From assembly GCA_903835065.1 (NCBI GenBank), contig CAILLO010000077.1, positions 48,621 through 112,620 of the forward strand: a stretch of 64,000 bases of DNA, read 5' to 3'. Every line of letters begins with the position of its first letter. The stretch's first letter is position 1. Origin of the DNA: an uncultured Eubacteriales bacterium. GTDB lineage: Bacteria > Bacillota > Clostridia > Saccharofermentanales > UBA5734. Of the stretch, positions 8,443 through 17,669 are shown one piece after another. Position numbers and translations under genes: made by a program. Below the pieces are notes generated by a model. The model saw only the letters and a list, made by a program, of their open reading frames with translations, ran no database searches and was not told the DNA's origin.

Positions 8443-10172
8443 ATCCGCTCGACGGCCGCGATCCCGAGGAGGTCGAGGCCGGTCTTCAGGGCGGTGCAGA
8501 CGGCTTCGGTCAGCGCGATCCGGGCGCGGCGAAGGCCGGCGTCGGGCGCGGACAGGATCGACTCGTTGTTGTAGAACTTGTTGAAGGCGCGGGCGATCCC
8601 GGCGACCTGGCGGGTCAGCAGGAATGGCTCGTTCGCCTCGACCGCCCGGTGCACGGCATCCCCGAACCCGTAGAGCAGGCGGGCCACGGCGGCTTCGTCG
8701 TCCCCTCCCATCCGCGCGAGGTCCTCCGGCGTCGCGTCGGCCGCGGAAGCGCCCTCCAGGGCGCCCTTGCGCAGCACGCTGCGACCGCGCGCGTACGTGT
8801 ACATCGCGTAGGGGCCGGTCTCGCCGTCGAAGTCGAGCATCTCCTCCCAGGAAAAGACGATGTCGCGGTCGCGTCCGTTGCGCAGGAACATGTACTGCAC
8901 CGCGCCGATGCCGACCTTCTCGGCGACCTCCGCGCGCTCTTCCTCGGACATGTCCGTGCCGCGCAGCTCCGCGTTCCGGTCGATGATCTCGCGGGTCTTG
9001 GCGACGCTCTCCGCGAGCAGCTCGTCGAGGAAGATCACCTCGCCGGCGCGCGTCGAGAGCTTGCGGTCGGCGAACTTCACGAGGCCGAACCCGACGTGCA
9101 CGCAGTCGTCCGCCCAGGCGAAGCCGGCCTTCTTCAGGACGGCGAAGACCTGCCGGAAGTGCAGCGCCTGGGGCGTGCCGACGACATAGATGTTCTTGTA
9201 GAAGCCGTACGTCTCCTTGCGGTAGAGGGCGCTGGCGATGTCGCGGGAGGCATAGATCGTCGCGCCGTCGGACTTGAGGACGATGCAGGGCGGCAGGCCC
9301 TCCTCGTCGAGCTTGACGACCTGGGCTCCCTCGCTCTCCTCGAGCAGGCCCTTCGCGCGCAGCAGGTCGACGACGGCCGGGATGCGGTCGCTGTAGTAGC
9401 TCTCGCCGTTGTAATTGTCGAAGGCGATGCCCATCCGGTCGTACACCCGCGCGAACTCAAGAAGACTCAGGTCGCGGAAGCGCTTCCAGAGGGCCATCTC
9501 GGGGGCGTTCCCCTCCTCGAGCGCGAGGAAACGCGCGCGCGCCTCCGTCTCGAGGGCCAGGTCGGCCTTGGCCTCGTCGTGGAACTTGACGTAGATGCGC
9601 AGGAGCTCCCGGATCGGCGCCTCCAGCAGCGCGGCCTCGTCGCCCCAGCGCCCGTACGCGACGATCAGCTTGCCGAACTGCGTGCCGTAGTCGCCGAGGT
9701 GGTTCATGCGCACGACCGGATACCCGAGGTGCGTGTAGAGTTTCGCGACCGATTGGCCGAGAATCGTCGTGAAGGCATGCCCGATATGGAAGGGCTTGGC
9801 GATGTTGGGCGAGGAGAACTCGACGATCACGGTCTTCCCGGCGCCCTCTTCCGTCGCGCCGATGCGGGGGCCCGCCGCGAGGGCGTCCGCCACTACGGTG
9901 CCGACGAAGACGCCGCGGTCGAGGAAGAAGTTCAGGTAGCCGCCGACCGCCTGCACGCGGTCGAGGAACGGCGCGCCCTCGGCGAGCTTCGAGGCGAGTT
10001 CGGCCGCGATCGCGGGCGGGGCCTTGCGCAGCGTCTTCGCGAGCGGGAAGCAGGGGAACGCGTAGTCTCCGAGTTCGAACTGCGGCGGGACCTCCACGGA
10101 CGCCTCGAGGGTGTCCGCGGGAAGGCCCGTGCGGGCCGAAAGAAGTTCTGCAATCGCTCTCCGGAAGTCCAT
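8439..10172 (-). CDS. argS: Arginine--tRNA ligase
   Basis: Start moved to MDFRRAIAELL (ATG at 10172, GGTGGAG RBS). Shows SSPNIAKPFHIGH (HIGH) and the class I core. 577 aa. Confidence 0.95.
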   Translation of the reverse strand: MDFRRAIAELLSARTGLPADTLEASVEVPPQFELGDYAFPCFPLAKTLRKAPPAIAAELASKLAEGAPFLDRVQAVGGYLNFFLDRGVFVGTVVADALAAGPRIGATEEGAGKTVIVEFSSPNIAKPFHIGHAFTTILGQSVAKLYTHLGYPVVRMNHLGDYGTQFGKLIVAYGRWGDEAALLEAPIRELLRIYVKFHDEAKADLALETEARARFLALEEGNAPEMALWKRFRDLSLLEFARVYDRMGIAFDNYNGESYYSDRIPAVVDLLRAKGLLEESEGAQVVKLDEEGLPPCIVLKSDGATIYASRDIASALYRKETYGFYKNIYVVGTPQALHFRQVFAVLKKAGFAWADDCVHVGFGLVKFADRKLSTRAGEVIFLDELLAESVAKTREIIDRNAELRGTDMSEEERAEVAEKVGIGAVQYMFLRNGRDRDIVFSWEEMLDFDGETGPYAMYTYARGRSVLRKGALEGASAADATPEDLARMGGDDEAAVARLLYGFGDAVHRAVEANEPFLLTRQVAGIARAFNKFYNNESILSAPDAGLRRARIALTEAVCTALKTGLDLLGIAAVERM

Positions 10173-10203
10173 GCTCCACCGCCTTCGTTCGTCCATCCGT
10201 CTA

Positions 10204-10233
10204 TTCATACCACCCGGCGCCTTCGGGTGTCAA
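10204..10233 (-). promoter_or_regulatory. Candidate promoter of the argS operon
   Basis: Minus strand: TTGACA (10233-10228), 18-nt spacer, TATGAA (10209-10204), 31 nt before the argS ATG. Confidence 0.4.
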
Positions 10234-10303
10234 TTCGTCGCGAGCGCGCGGAAGGGCGCCCGCGGACGCCCTCCCGCCGTTCCCGCATGCCCCCCGGGGT
10301 CAT

Positions 10304-10702
10304 TCAGGTCGAGGTCACGCCGAACAGCATGCCCACGAAATAGGGGATCAGCCAGATCGACCAGACCACGACGCTGAACTTGTGGAAACCGGCCTTCGAC
10401 TTCTCGGAGCCGCGCACCAGGACGACGGTCGCCCAGATGGCGTGCAGGACCATCAATCCGATCGCGAGGCCGCCCGTCACGCCGTGGATCAGCAGGGTGG
10501 CCGGGGCGACCTGCTCCGTGCCGCTTCTCGCGATCAGGCCCATGGTGGTGGTGCCGGTCGTGTCGAACACCAGGCCGGCCCAGAAGCACAGCAGGTGCCA
10601 GCGCTTCAACGTATTCGCCCGTCTCTCCGACCAGACGCCGATCGTATAGAACACGAGGGCCAGGGTGATCGTCACGATCGCCAGAATCAGTCTTCCGTCC
10701 AT
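10304..10702 (-). CDS. HsmA-family small integral membrane protein (TIGR03987-like)
   Basis: 132 aa with four hydrophobic segments. LALVFYTIGVWSER...WHLLCFWAGLVFDTTGTTTMG matches my recollection of the family signature. Confidence 0.7.
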   Translation of the reverse strand: MDGRLILAIVTITLALVFYTIGVWSERRANTLKRWHLLCFWAGLVFDTTGTTTMGLIARSGTEQVAPATLLIHGVTGGLAIGLMVLHAIWATVVLVRGSEKSKAGFHKFSVVVWSIWLIPYFVGMLFGVTST

Positions 10703-11148
10703 GTCTCTTCTTCCTGTTTCGCCTGCATCCGTTCCAGGATGTCGGTCAGGCTCTGCCTTGCCGCCTGGAGCTCGGCGTCCGCGAATCCCTCGAACAGCCG
10801 GTCGAAGCTGTCCGAGAGAACGCCGCGCGATTCCGCCGCCAGCCTTCTTCCCTTCTCCGAGAATCGGAGATAGACGTTGCGCCCGTCCCCGCCCTGCTTG
10901 AACTTCTCGATCAGCCCGCCGTCCTCCATGCGCGCGAGGATGCCGGACACGGTCCCTTTCGTCAGGGACAGTTCCCGGCAGAGGTCCGTGACCTTGTGGA
11001 CCTGCCCGTGCGCGAGGAGACGGACGACCATCGCCTGCTGCGCCGACAGCCCGCTGTCCGACATGCTTCGCCCGACGCGCCTCATGCAGAGCGAATAGAG
11101 GTCCCGGATCAGCTTGGCCGTCGCGAAGGCTTCATCATTGCGGTTCAT
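10687..11148 (-). CDS. MarR-family transcriptional regulator
   Basis: Winged-helix core LSAQQAMVVRLLAHGQVHKVTDLCRELSLTKGTVSGILARMEDGGLI. I prefer the ATG at 11148 (AAGGGGG RBS 9 nt upstream) over the track start 11157 (zero spacing). 16-nt overlap with the hsmA-like gene. Confidence 0.88.
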   Translation of the reverse strand: MNRNDEAFATAKLIRDLYSLCMRRVGRSMSDSGLSAQQAMVVRLLAHGQVHKVTDLCRELSLTKGTVSGILARMEDGGLIEKFKQGGDGRNVYLRFSEKGRRLAAESRGVLSDSFDRLFEGFADAELQAARQSLTDILERMQAKQEEETWTED

Positions 11149-11184
11149 CGGGTCCATCCCCCTTGCGATTTGGTTCGCATCGTT

Positions 11185-11233
11185 ACCATATGGTTTCCAT
11201 CCAAACTATATCGCCGCAGTCCTTCCCTGTCAA
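11185..11233 (-). promoter_or_regulatory. marR promoter with downstream 10-bp palindrome (operator candidate)
   Basis: Minus strand: TTGACA (11233-11228), 17-nt spacer, TATAGT (11210-11205). The perfect palindrome ACCATATGGT sits at 11185-11194. Confidence 0.5.
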
Positions 11234-11254
11234 GCCCTTTTCAAGGAATGCGAA

Positions 11255-11276
11255 AGGACGCCCCGAAGGACGTCCT
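11255..11276 (-). terminator. Terminator hairpin after the ABC efflux operon
   Basis: The minus-strand RNA AGGACGUCC-UUCG-GGGCGUCCU forms a 9-bp stem (one G.U pair) with a UUCG tetraloop, followed by UUCGCAUUCCUU. Confidence 0.55.
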
Positions 11277-11306
11277 CTGCGGTTCTCGAGACCCAGGTCC
11301 CGACGG

Positions 11307-11981
<675 letters not shown>

Positions 11982-11995
11982 TGCATATCCTCCCA

Positions 11996-12676
11996 TCAGC
12001 CGCCAGCGGGAGGCTGTCCGTCGCCCCCGGAGCCGCCGTTGTCGCCCGGGAAGCCGCCCGTCGGGAAGGCTCCGCCGCTCGGGAACGTCCCGCCGCCGAA
12101 TCCGCCGCGGCCGGTGATCGCGGTCGTCGTCAGCGTGACCTTGGAGATCGACTTGCCGTTGGACCCGTAGTAGATCATCAGGAAGTTGCCGACCTGGACC
12201 TTGGAGATGTCGACGACCGTGGTCGTCACGGCGCCGCCCGTGCCACGGGTCGACTCCGTGATCTGGACGCCGACGGGGATGATGAGGGTCCTGGTTTCAC
12301 CGGTGTAGCTGATGGTGAAGCGGCCGGCTCCGCCGGTCGGGTACGCGCCGCCGGTGGGGCGCGTGTAGCCCCCGGTCGGCCGTGCGCCGCCGGTGGGCCG
12401 CGTGTAGCCCCCGGTCGGCCGCGTATAGCCGCCGGTGGGCCGCGTGAAGCCACCGGTCGGGAAGCCGCCGGTCGGGATGGCGATGAGCTTGAGCGTGACC
12501 TGGTTGCCGGAGATGTCGGTCACCTCGCCCCACAGGCCCGGGAGGGTCGTCGTGGAGGCGGACGCCGCGGCCTTCGTGCAGGCCGACAGCGCGAACAGGG
12601 CCGCGATGGCCAGGACGGCGACCGCGATGAGCGGCACCGCGTTCCGGCGGAACGATTTCTGGTCGAATCTCTTCAT
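11996..12676 (-). CDS. Lipoprotein with PTGG-type tandem repeats, embedded in the efflux operon
   Basis: MKRFDQ... signal peptide with lipobox LSAC (start 12676, AAGGAGAAG RBS). Repeats IPTGGFPTGGFTRPTGGYTRPTGGYTRPTGGARPTGGYTRPTGGAYPTGGAG are inserted into beta-strand-like segments. Gly-rich tail. Confidence 0.75.
   Translation of the reverse strand: MKRFDQKSFRRNAVPLIAVAVLAIAALFALSACTKAAASASTTTLPGLWGEVTDISGNQVTLKLIAIPTGGFPTGGFTRPTGGYTRPTGGYTRPTGGARPTGGYTRPTGGAYPTGGAGRFTISYTGETRTLIIPVGVQITESTRGTGGAVTTTVVDISKVQVGNFLMIYYGSNGKSISKVTLTTTAITGRGGFGGGTFPSGGAFPTGGFPGDNGGSGGDGQPPAGG
12325..12478 (-). repeat. Coding tandem repeat, ~21-nt unit (TRPTGGY heptads)
   Basis: Repeating GCCGCCGGTGGGCCGCGTGTA / GCCCCCGGTCGGCCGCGT units are visible on the plus strand. 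Boundaries are approximate. Confidence 0.7.
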
Positions 12677-12701
12677 GGCTGCTTCTCCTTCTGGCACGGG
12701 G

Positions 12702-14012
12702 CTATTCGTAGTTCAGGGCGTCGATGGGCTTGAGGCGGGAAGCCTTCCAGGCCGGGTAGTATCCGAAGAACATGCCGGTCGCCGCGGAGAACGCGATGCC
12801 GAGCGCGGCGCCCTCGACCGAGGCCAGGAAGCTCACGCCGAGCGCCGTGAGGACCAGGGGGGCGAGGAAGCTCACGCCCACGCCCAGCAGCCCGCCGCCC
12901 ACACTGATGAAGACGGCCTCCAGCAGGAACTCCGACAGGATCGTCGAACGCGATGCGCCGACGCTCTTCAGGATGCCGATCTCACGCGTGCGTTCCTTCA
13001 CGGCGACCATCAGGACGTTCATGATGCCGATGCCGCTGACGATCAGTACGATGATGGCGATGACGAGCAGCAGGGAAGCCATGGTGTTGGAGGTGTTTAG
13101 GGCCGCGGTCAGCGTGCTGCCGGCGTCGGTGACGGTGTATGCGGAGGAGGAACCGAGAATGGACGCGATGTAGGAGTCGATCTCGTCGATCGCGGCGCTG
13201 ACCGTCGTGATGTCGGACGCGAGCGCGATGTAGCTGGTCGTGGCGTTGTTGGCCGAGAACGTCCCGCGGCCCGCGGTCGCCGTGCCGGTCGTGTACTTGA
13301 GCGCGACCGCATAGGGCATGAAGATGCTGTCGTCGGCCGCGGTGGAGACGGAGGAAGTCTGGCCGGGACTGGTGGACGAGGAACCCGTCGACAAGCCGCC
13401 CGTGCCGCCGATGCGGTCGAGGACGCCAACGACCGTGAAGGTGTTGCCCTGGATCATGACGGTCTGGCCGACGGCCGTGGACGGATCCGTGAAGAGCGTG
13501 GCGGCGATGTTGTTTCCGAGCACGACCACGCGGTGGCGCAGGGCGCCGTCCTGGTCGGTGAAGAAGTCGCCGTAGGCCGTGTATAGATTGGTGATGGTGG
13601 CGTACGCCTCGTTCACGCCCTGCAGGTTGACCGTCGAGGAGGCCGAGCCCTCGGCCACCGTGGCCGACGTGCGGACGCTCACGCCCACGCTCTGGACGTC
13701 CTGCAGCTGGTTCGACATCGCGAGGAACTGGTCGGCCGACAGGATGGTCTGGGTCGTAGCCGCGGTGGTGGTCTGGCCGAACGGTCCGCGCACGCCGCCC
13801 GAGAAGCCGGTCGAGTTCTGGGTAATCGTGATGCTGGCGGCGCTCAGGCGGCGGTACTGGTCGGTGACCGCCTGCTCGCCGGCCTTGCCGATGCCGACGA
13901 CCATGATGATGGTGGCCGTGCCGATGATGATCCCGAGCGAAGTCAGGAAGGCCCGGGACTTGTTCATCCGGAGGTCGAGGAGGACCGAACGGACCACTTC
14001 GAGCGGTCTCAT
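12702..14012 (-). CDS. ABC transporter permease, MacB/FtsX-type
   Basis: 436 aa. N-terminal TM (FLTSLGIIIGTATIIMV), a large extracytoplasmic domain, and a C-terminal FtsX module (VKERTREIGILKSVGA). ATGA overlap with the adaptor gene. Confidence 0.9.
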   Translation of the reverse strand: MRPLEVVRSVLLDLRMNKSRAFLTSLGIIIGTATIIMVVGIGKAGEQAVTDQYRRLSAASITITQNSTGFSGGVRGPFGQTTTAATTQTILSADQFLAMSNQLQDVQSVGVSVRTSATVAEGSASSTVNLQGVNEAYATITNLYTAYGDFFTDQDGALRHRVVVLGNNIAATLFTDPSTAVGQTVMIQGNTFTVVGVLDRIGGTGGLSTGSSSTSPGQTSSVSTAADDSIFMPYAVALKYTTGTATAGRGTFSANNATTSYIALASDITTVSAAIDEIDSYIASILGSSSAYTVTDAGSTLTAALNTSNTMASLLLVIAIIVLIVSGIGIMNVLMVAVKERTREIGILKSVGASRSTILSEFLLEAVFISVGGGLLGVGVSFLAPLVLTALGVSFLASVEGAALGIAFSAATGMFFGYYPAWKASRLKPIDALNYE

Positions 14013-15193
14013 TGGGAGATGCTCCCGATGACGACCGTCTGGCCTTCGGTCAGACCGTCGACGACCTCGACGTTGGTGCCGTCGGAGATGCCCGTGGTGA
14101 CCTCGACCTTCGTGACCTTGCCGGCCGAATCCTTGACGTTGACCGTCTGGATGCCGTCGGAGGAGGTGGTCACGGCCTTGACCGGGATATACAGGACGTT
14201 GTCCTTCTCGGTCTTCAGATAGGTGATGACGGCGCTCTCGCCCTGCAGGACATCGACGTTCGGGTCGTCCAGGGTCCCGGTGACGGTGTAGGTCACGATG
14301 CCGGTGCTGGCGATCGAGGGCGTCTCGCTGACGGCCGTGACCTTGCCGGGAACATTGACGAGCGAGGCCGCGTCGACGGAGATCTTCATGGTCTGTCCGG
14401 CCTTGACGCTGGCGATGTCGCCTTCCGTGACGCTGGAGGTGAGATAGACGACCGACGGGTCGATGAGTGTCAGGAACGTGTTGGCGTTGGTGTTGAACCC
14501 GTTCTGGCTGACCGTGAAGCTGTCGCCGACCTTGTAGTTGATCGCGCTGACCACGCCGTCGACGGTCGCCGTCAGGACGGTCTGCGTCAGGTTGGACTTC
14601 GCGGTGGCGAGCGCGGTCGCCGCGTCCTCCATGGCGAGTTTGGCGGTGATCACGGAGACGTCGTAGTTCACCAGGTTGCTGTAGCGCTCCTTGGCCAGCT
14701 GGTACTGCAGCTGGGTCATGGTGTCGTTCGGGTTGCCGTTGTAGGCGGTCGTGGCGTTCGTGAGCGCGATCTGGTCGGTCACGAGGTTGATCTTGTGCTG
14801 GATGACCGCGTCGTTGTAACCGGCCGTGGAGCGGTCGAGGTTGTTCTGGGCCGTGACCACCGCGCGCTGCAGGACGGTGTCGTCGAGCTCGGCGAGCGTC
14901 TGGCCCTTGGTGACCTTGTCGCCGACGGCCACGTCGATGGCCTTGACGGTCGAGGAGACGGTGAACGCCAGCGCATACGTCGACAGCTGGATGCGACCGT
15001 CCGCAATCAGTCCGACAAGCAGGTTGCCCTTGGTGACCGTGGCGGTGGTGGTCTTCTTCGTCGTCGTGGTCGTCGTGGTCGATCCGAACAGCGTGCAGCC
15101 CGAAGCGAGCACGGAAAGCGCGACGAGCCCGGCGGCGAGCGCAAGGGCGGCTGGAGTGCGGCGGGACCTCGGATTCGTTCTCTTCATGGTCAT
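14009..15193 (-). CDS. HlyD-family periplasmic adaptor (membrane fusion) lipoprotein
   Basis: 394 aa. Lipobox LASGC, a poly-Thr linker, coiled-coil hairpin region, and a C-terminal beta-barrel (VTTGISDGTNVEVVDGLTEGQTVV). Confidence 0.88.
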   Translation of the reverse strand: MTMKRTNPRSRRTPAALALAAGLVALSVLASGCTLFGSTTTTTTTKKTTTATVTKGNLLVGLIADGRIQLSTYALAFTVSSTVKAIDVAVGDKVTKGQTLAELDDTVLQRAVVTAQNNLDRSTAGYNDAVIQHKINLVTDQIALTNATTAYNGNPNDTMTQLQYQLAKERYSNLVNYDVSVITAKLAMEDAATALATAKSNLTQTVLTATVDGVVSAINYKVGDSFTVSQNGFNTNANTFLTLIDPSVVYLTSSVTEGDIASVKAGQTMKISVDAASLVNVPGKVTAVSETPSIASTGIVTYTVTGTLDDPNVDVLQGESAVITYLKTEKDNVLYIPVKAVTTSSDGIQTVNVKDSAGKVTKVEVTTGISDGTNVEVVDGLTEGQTVVIGSISQ

Positions 15194-15267
15194 GGCTCTC
15201 CCTTCCTGTTGATGCCTACGCCCATTCTAATGAAGGGACCATCCCGATTTGCGATGCTCCGGCGTCG

Positions 15268-15289
15268 GTTTCGTGAGAGTTCTGTGAGG
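15268..15289 (-). promoter_or_regulatory. Direct-repeat motif (candidate response-regulator site) upstream of the efflux operon
   Basis: Minus strand: CCTCACAGAACTCTCACGAAAC, two TCAC half-sites 11 bp apart. A related 22-mer lies upstream of the regulator gene (17567-17588). Confidence 0.3.
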
Positions 15290-15293
15290 ACAG

Positions 15294-16841
15294 TCAGGCG
15301 TCGGTTCCGCGGGATTCCGGAGGTGTCCCGTCCATCGGGATCTCGAACCAGAAATCGACGCCGCCGGGCACGTTCGCCGCGCCGCAGGTCCCGCCGTGCG
15401 CGTGGACCACAGACTGGACGATGTGGAGTCCGAGCCCCGTGCCGCCGTAGCTGCGCGTACGGGACTTGTCGACCTTGTAGAAGCTTTCCCAGACGCGGGG
15501 CAGCGACGCCTCGGGGATTCCGTCGCCGGTATCGAACACCGACAAGCGGACCTTCCCGTCCAGGCATTCCCAGCGGACGTCGATCCTCTTGTCGCCTCCG
15601 ACGTAGTGGATCGCGTTGGTCAGGTAGTTGTCGAAGGACTGTTCGATCCGCTCCTCGTCCGCATACAAGGCGAGGTCGGGCCCCTCCGCGGTCACGGTCA
15701 CGCCGGCGTCCCGCAGGGGCAGGGCGTAGCGCTCGAGACCGCGCTCGACCAGTGCCTTGACGGAGAACTCGGTGCGGTCGAGCCGGACTTCGCCGGCGTC
15801 GAGCTGGGCCAGGTCGAGCAGGCGCACGACGATGCGGTTCATCTGCCGCGCCTCGTCGACGATCACGTCGCAGTACATGTCCTTCTCGTCCTCGTTGATC
15901 CGCAGCTTCAACCCTTCCGCGTAACCGAGGATCAGTGCGATCGGGGTCTTGAGCTCGTGCGAGACGTTGGAAACGAATTCCTTGCGCAGCTGGTCGATGC
16001 GTTCCTTGCGTTCGATGTCGGCCTGGAGCTCCTTGTTCGCCGCGCGGAGCTCGGAAATCGCGCCCTCGAGCTGCGTGGACAGCGAATTGACGCTCTGGCC
16101 CAGTTCGCCGACCTCGTCGTCGGTCCGGACGTCGATCTTGTGGGAGAAGTCGAGGACGGCCATGGCCTTGGCGGTGCGGCTGATCTCGAGGACGGGGCGC
16201 GTGACGGTGCGGGCGAGCAGGTAGGCGAACAGGCCGCCGAGCAGGATCGTGAACAGGCCGACGATCAGGAAGAAGCCGTTGGCGATCGAGGCGCTGTCGC
16301 TGATCTGCTGGATCGAGGTGCGGAGCAGGATGTAGTACACGGCGCCGTCCGCCGTCGTGTCCTTGCCGGACAGCGACAGGAACGTCGCGCCGGTGCGTGC
16401 GTCGCTGTAGCGGGAGACCACGGGCGTGGCCTTGAACAGGGGGAGGTTGTCCAGGACCTGCCGTTCGTCGGAGATGCCGAAGCCGCCCCGCCCGTCGGGC
16501 AGGCCGGTCGAACCGCCGGACGCCGGCAGCGTGGGAAGCGGCACGCCGGAGATGTTCGGCTGGTTCTGGCGCGTACCGTAGACGCGGTTGAGATTCTCGT
16601 CGGCGATGGCGATGTAGACGCCGAGTTCGTTCTCGATCTTCTCGAGCGCGAGGTCGCGCGACGTCGCGTCGAGCTGCAGCGCGGCGACGACCCGGGGATA
16701 GGTGTCCTGCAGGCTCGCGGTCTTGCGTCCGATGTACCAGGGCTGCAGGAACAGCGCGTTCAGGAGGAACGAGACGAGGACGAAGGCCAGCATGAGCCCG
16801 GTCGTCAGCCCGAAGAGGCGGAAACGGAGGGAATGCTTCAC
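15294..16841 (-). CDS. Sensor histidine kinase (two TM, HAMP, HisKA, HATPase_c)
   Basis: The protein-like sequence begins at VKHSLRFRLFGLTTGLMLAF. GTG at 16841 forms a GTGA overlap with the regulator stop. Shows the H-box SHELKTPIA plus N, G1 and G2 boxes. The rest of track ORF 15294..17597 is an out-of-gene extension. Confidence 0.9.
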   Translation of the reverse strand: MKHSLRFRLFGLTTGLMLAFVLVSFLLNALFLQPWYIGRKTASLQDTYPRVVAALQLDATSRDLALEKIENELGVYIAIADENLNRVYGTRQNQPNISGVPLPTLPASGGSTGLPDGRGGFGISDERQVLDNLPLFKATPVVSRYSDARTGATFLSLSGKDTTADGAVYYILLRTSIQQISDSASIANGFFLIVGLFTILLGGLFAYLLARTVTRPVLEISRTAKAMAVLDFSHKIDVRTDDEVGELGQSVNSLSTQLEGAISELRAANKELQADIERKERIDQLRKEFVSNVSHELKTPIALILGYAEGLKLRINEDEKDMYCDVIVDEARQMNRIVVRLLDLAQLDAGEVRLDRTEFSVKALVERGLERYALPLRDAGVTVTAEGPDLALYADEERIEQSFDNYLTNAIHYVGGDKRIDVRWECLDGKVRLSVFDTGDGIPEASLPRVWESFYKVDKSRTRSYGGTGLGLHIVQSVVHAHGGTCGAANVPGGVDFWFEIPMDGTPPESRGTDA

Positions 16842-17518
16842 GGGTCGACCTCCAGGCTGTAGCCGACCCCGCGGATCGTGCGGATCCGCTCGGCGCGGGT
16901 GCCGAGCTTGGCGCGCAGCTGCTTGACGTGGGTGTCGACCGTGCGTAGGTCGCCGTAGAAGTCGTAGTTCCAGACCGCGGACAGGAGGCGCTCGCGCGTC
17001 AGGGCGATCCCTGCGTTCTCGAAGAGATACAGGAAGAGGTCGTATTCCTTGGGGGTGAGGTCCAGGCGCTTCCCGTCGAGGAAGATGGTGTGCCCGGGCT
17101 CGTCGACGCGGACGCCGTCGAATTCGGTCGGGGTCTCCTTCCGGGTCCCGCTGCGGCGGAGCAGCGCCTCGACGCGCGCCACGAGCAGCCCGGGCGAGAA
17201 GGGCTTGGTCACGTAGTCGTCGGCGCCCAGGGCGAATCCCTCGAGCTGGTCGTATTCGCCGGCCTTCGCGGTCAGCATGAGCACGGGCGTGCGGTGGTTC
17301 TCGCGGATCAGCTTGAGGACGGCCCACCCGTCCGGCGGGGGCATCATCACGTCGAGGATCACGAGGTCGATCTTCTCGGGGTGATCCAGGAACACCTTCC
17401 AGGCTTCCTTCCCGTCCACGGCCTCCTCGACGGCGAACCCCCGGTTGCGCAGGAAATCCCCGACCAGCTTGCGGATCCTCTCTTCGTCGTCGACCACCAG
17501 GACCGTCGTGCGTTTCAT
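16838..17518 (-). CDS. OmpR-family response regulator
   Basis: MKRTTVLVVDDEERIRK receiver domain (DLVILDVMMP) and a winged-helix C-terminus (RTVDTHVKQLRAKL...IRGVGYSL). 226 aa. The track ORF is extended far upstream. Confidence 0.93.
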   Translation of the reverse strand: MKRTTVLVVDDEERIRKLVGDFLRNRGFAVEEAVDGKEAWKVFLDHPEKIDLVILDVMMPPPDGWAVLKLIRENHRTPVLMLTAKAGEYDQLEGFALGADDYVTKPFSPGLLVARVEALLRRSGTRKETPTEFDGVRVDEPGHTIFLDGKRLDLTPKEYDLFLYLFENAGIALTRERLLSAVWNYDFYGDLRTVDTHVKQLRAKLGTRAERIRTIRGVGYSLEVDP

Positions 17519-17566
17519 GATGCGATGACCCCCTTCTCGTTTTCCATTTGTAGCCATCGTACACCC

Positions 17567-17588
17567 GTTCCGTGATGGGGAGGTGAGG
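17567..17588 (-). promoter_or_regulatory. Direct-repeat motif overlapping the -35 position of the two-component-system promoter
   Basis: Minus strand: CCTCACCTCCCCATCACGGAAC, followed 5 nt later by TACGAT (17561-17556). 15 of 22 positions match the site at 15268-15289 by hand alignment. Confidence 0.3.
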
Positions 17589-17669
17589 TTTGGACAAACC
17601 CGGCCGGGTAGACTACGATGGGGGAAAAGACCCGTGCAGGACCGAAGGACGGGTCGCGTGGGAGGCGGC

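Noticed and set aside
10173-10303. Possible T-box leaders upstream of argS (and of gltX at 48091-48210).
   Set aside because: The intergenic spaces are about 130 and 120 nt and each already holds a promoter. That is too short for a specifier hairpin plus antiterminator, and I saw no T-box consensus sequence.
12325-12478. The regular GC-rich repeats could be mistaken for a CRISPR-like array.
   Set aside because: The unit is about 21 nt with no unique spacers, and it lies in frame inside a lipoprotein gene. It is a coding tandem repeat.
17577-17623. M-box-like fragments (GGAGGTGAGGT ... GACTACGATGGG) upstream of mgtA.
   Set aside because: The two conserved-looking pieces are only about 20 nt apart, whereas the M-box needs roughly 130 nt of intervening helices. 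This is probably chance similarity. It needs cmscan to be sure.
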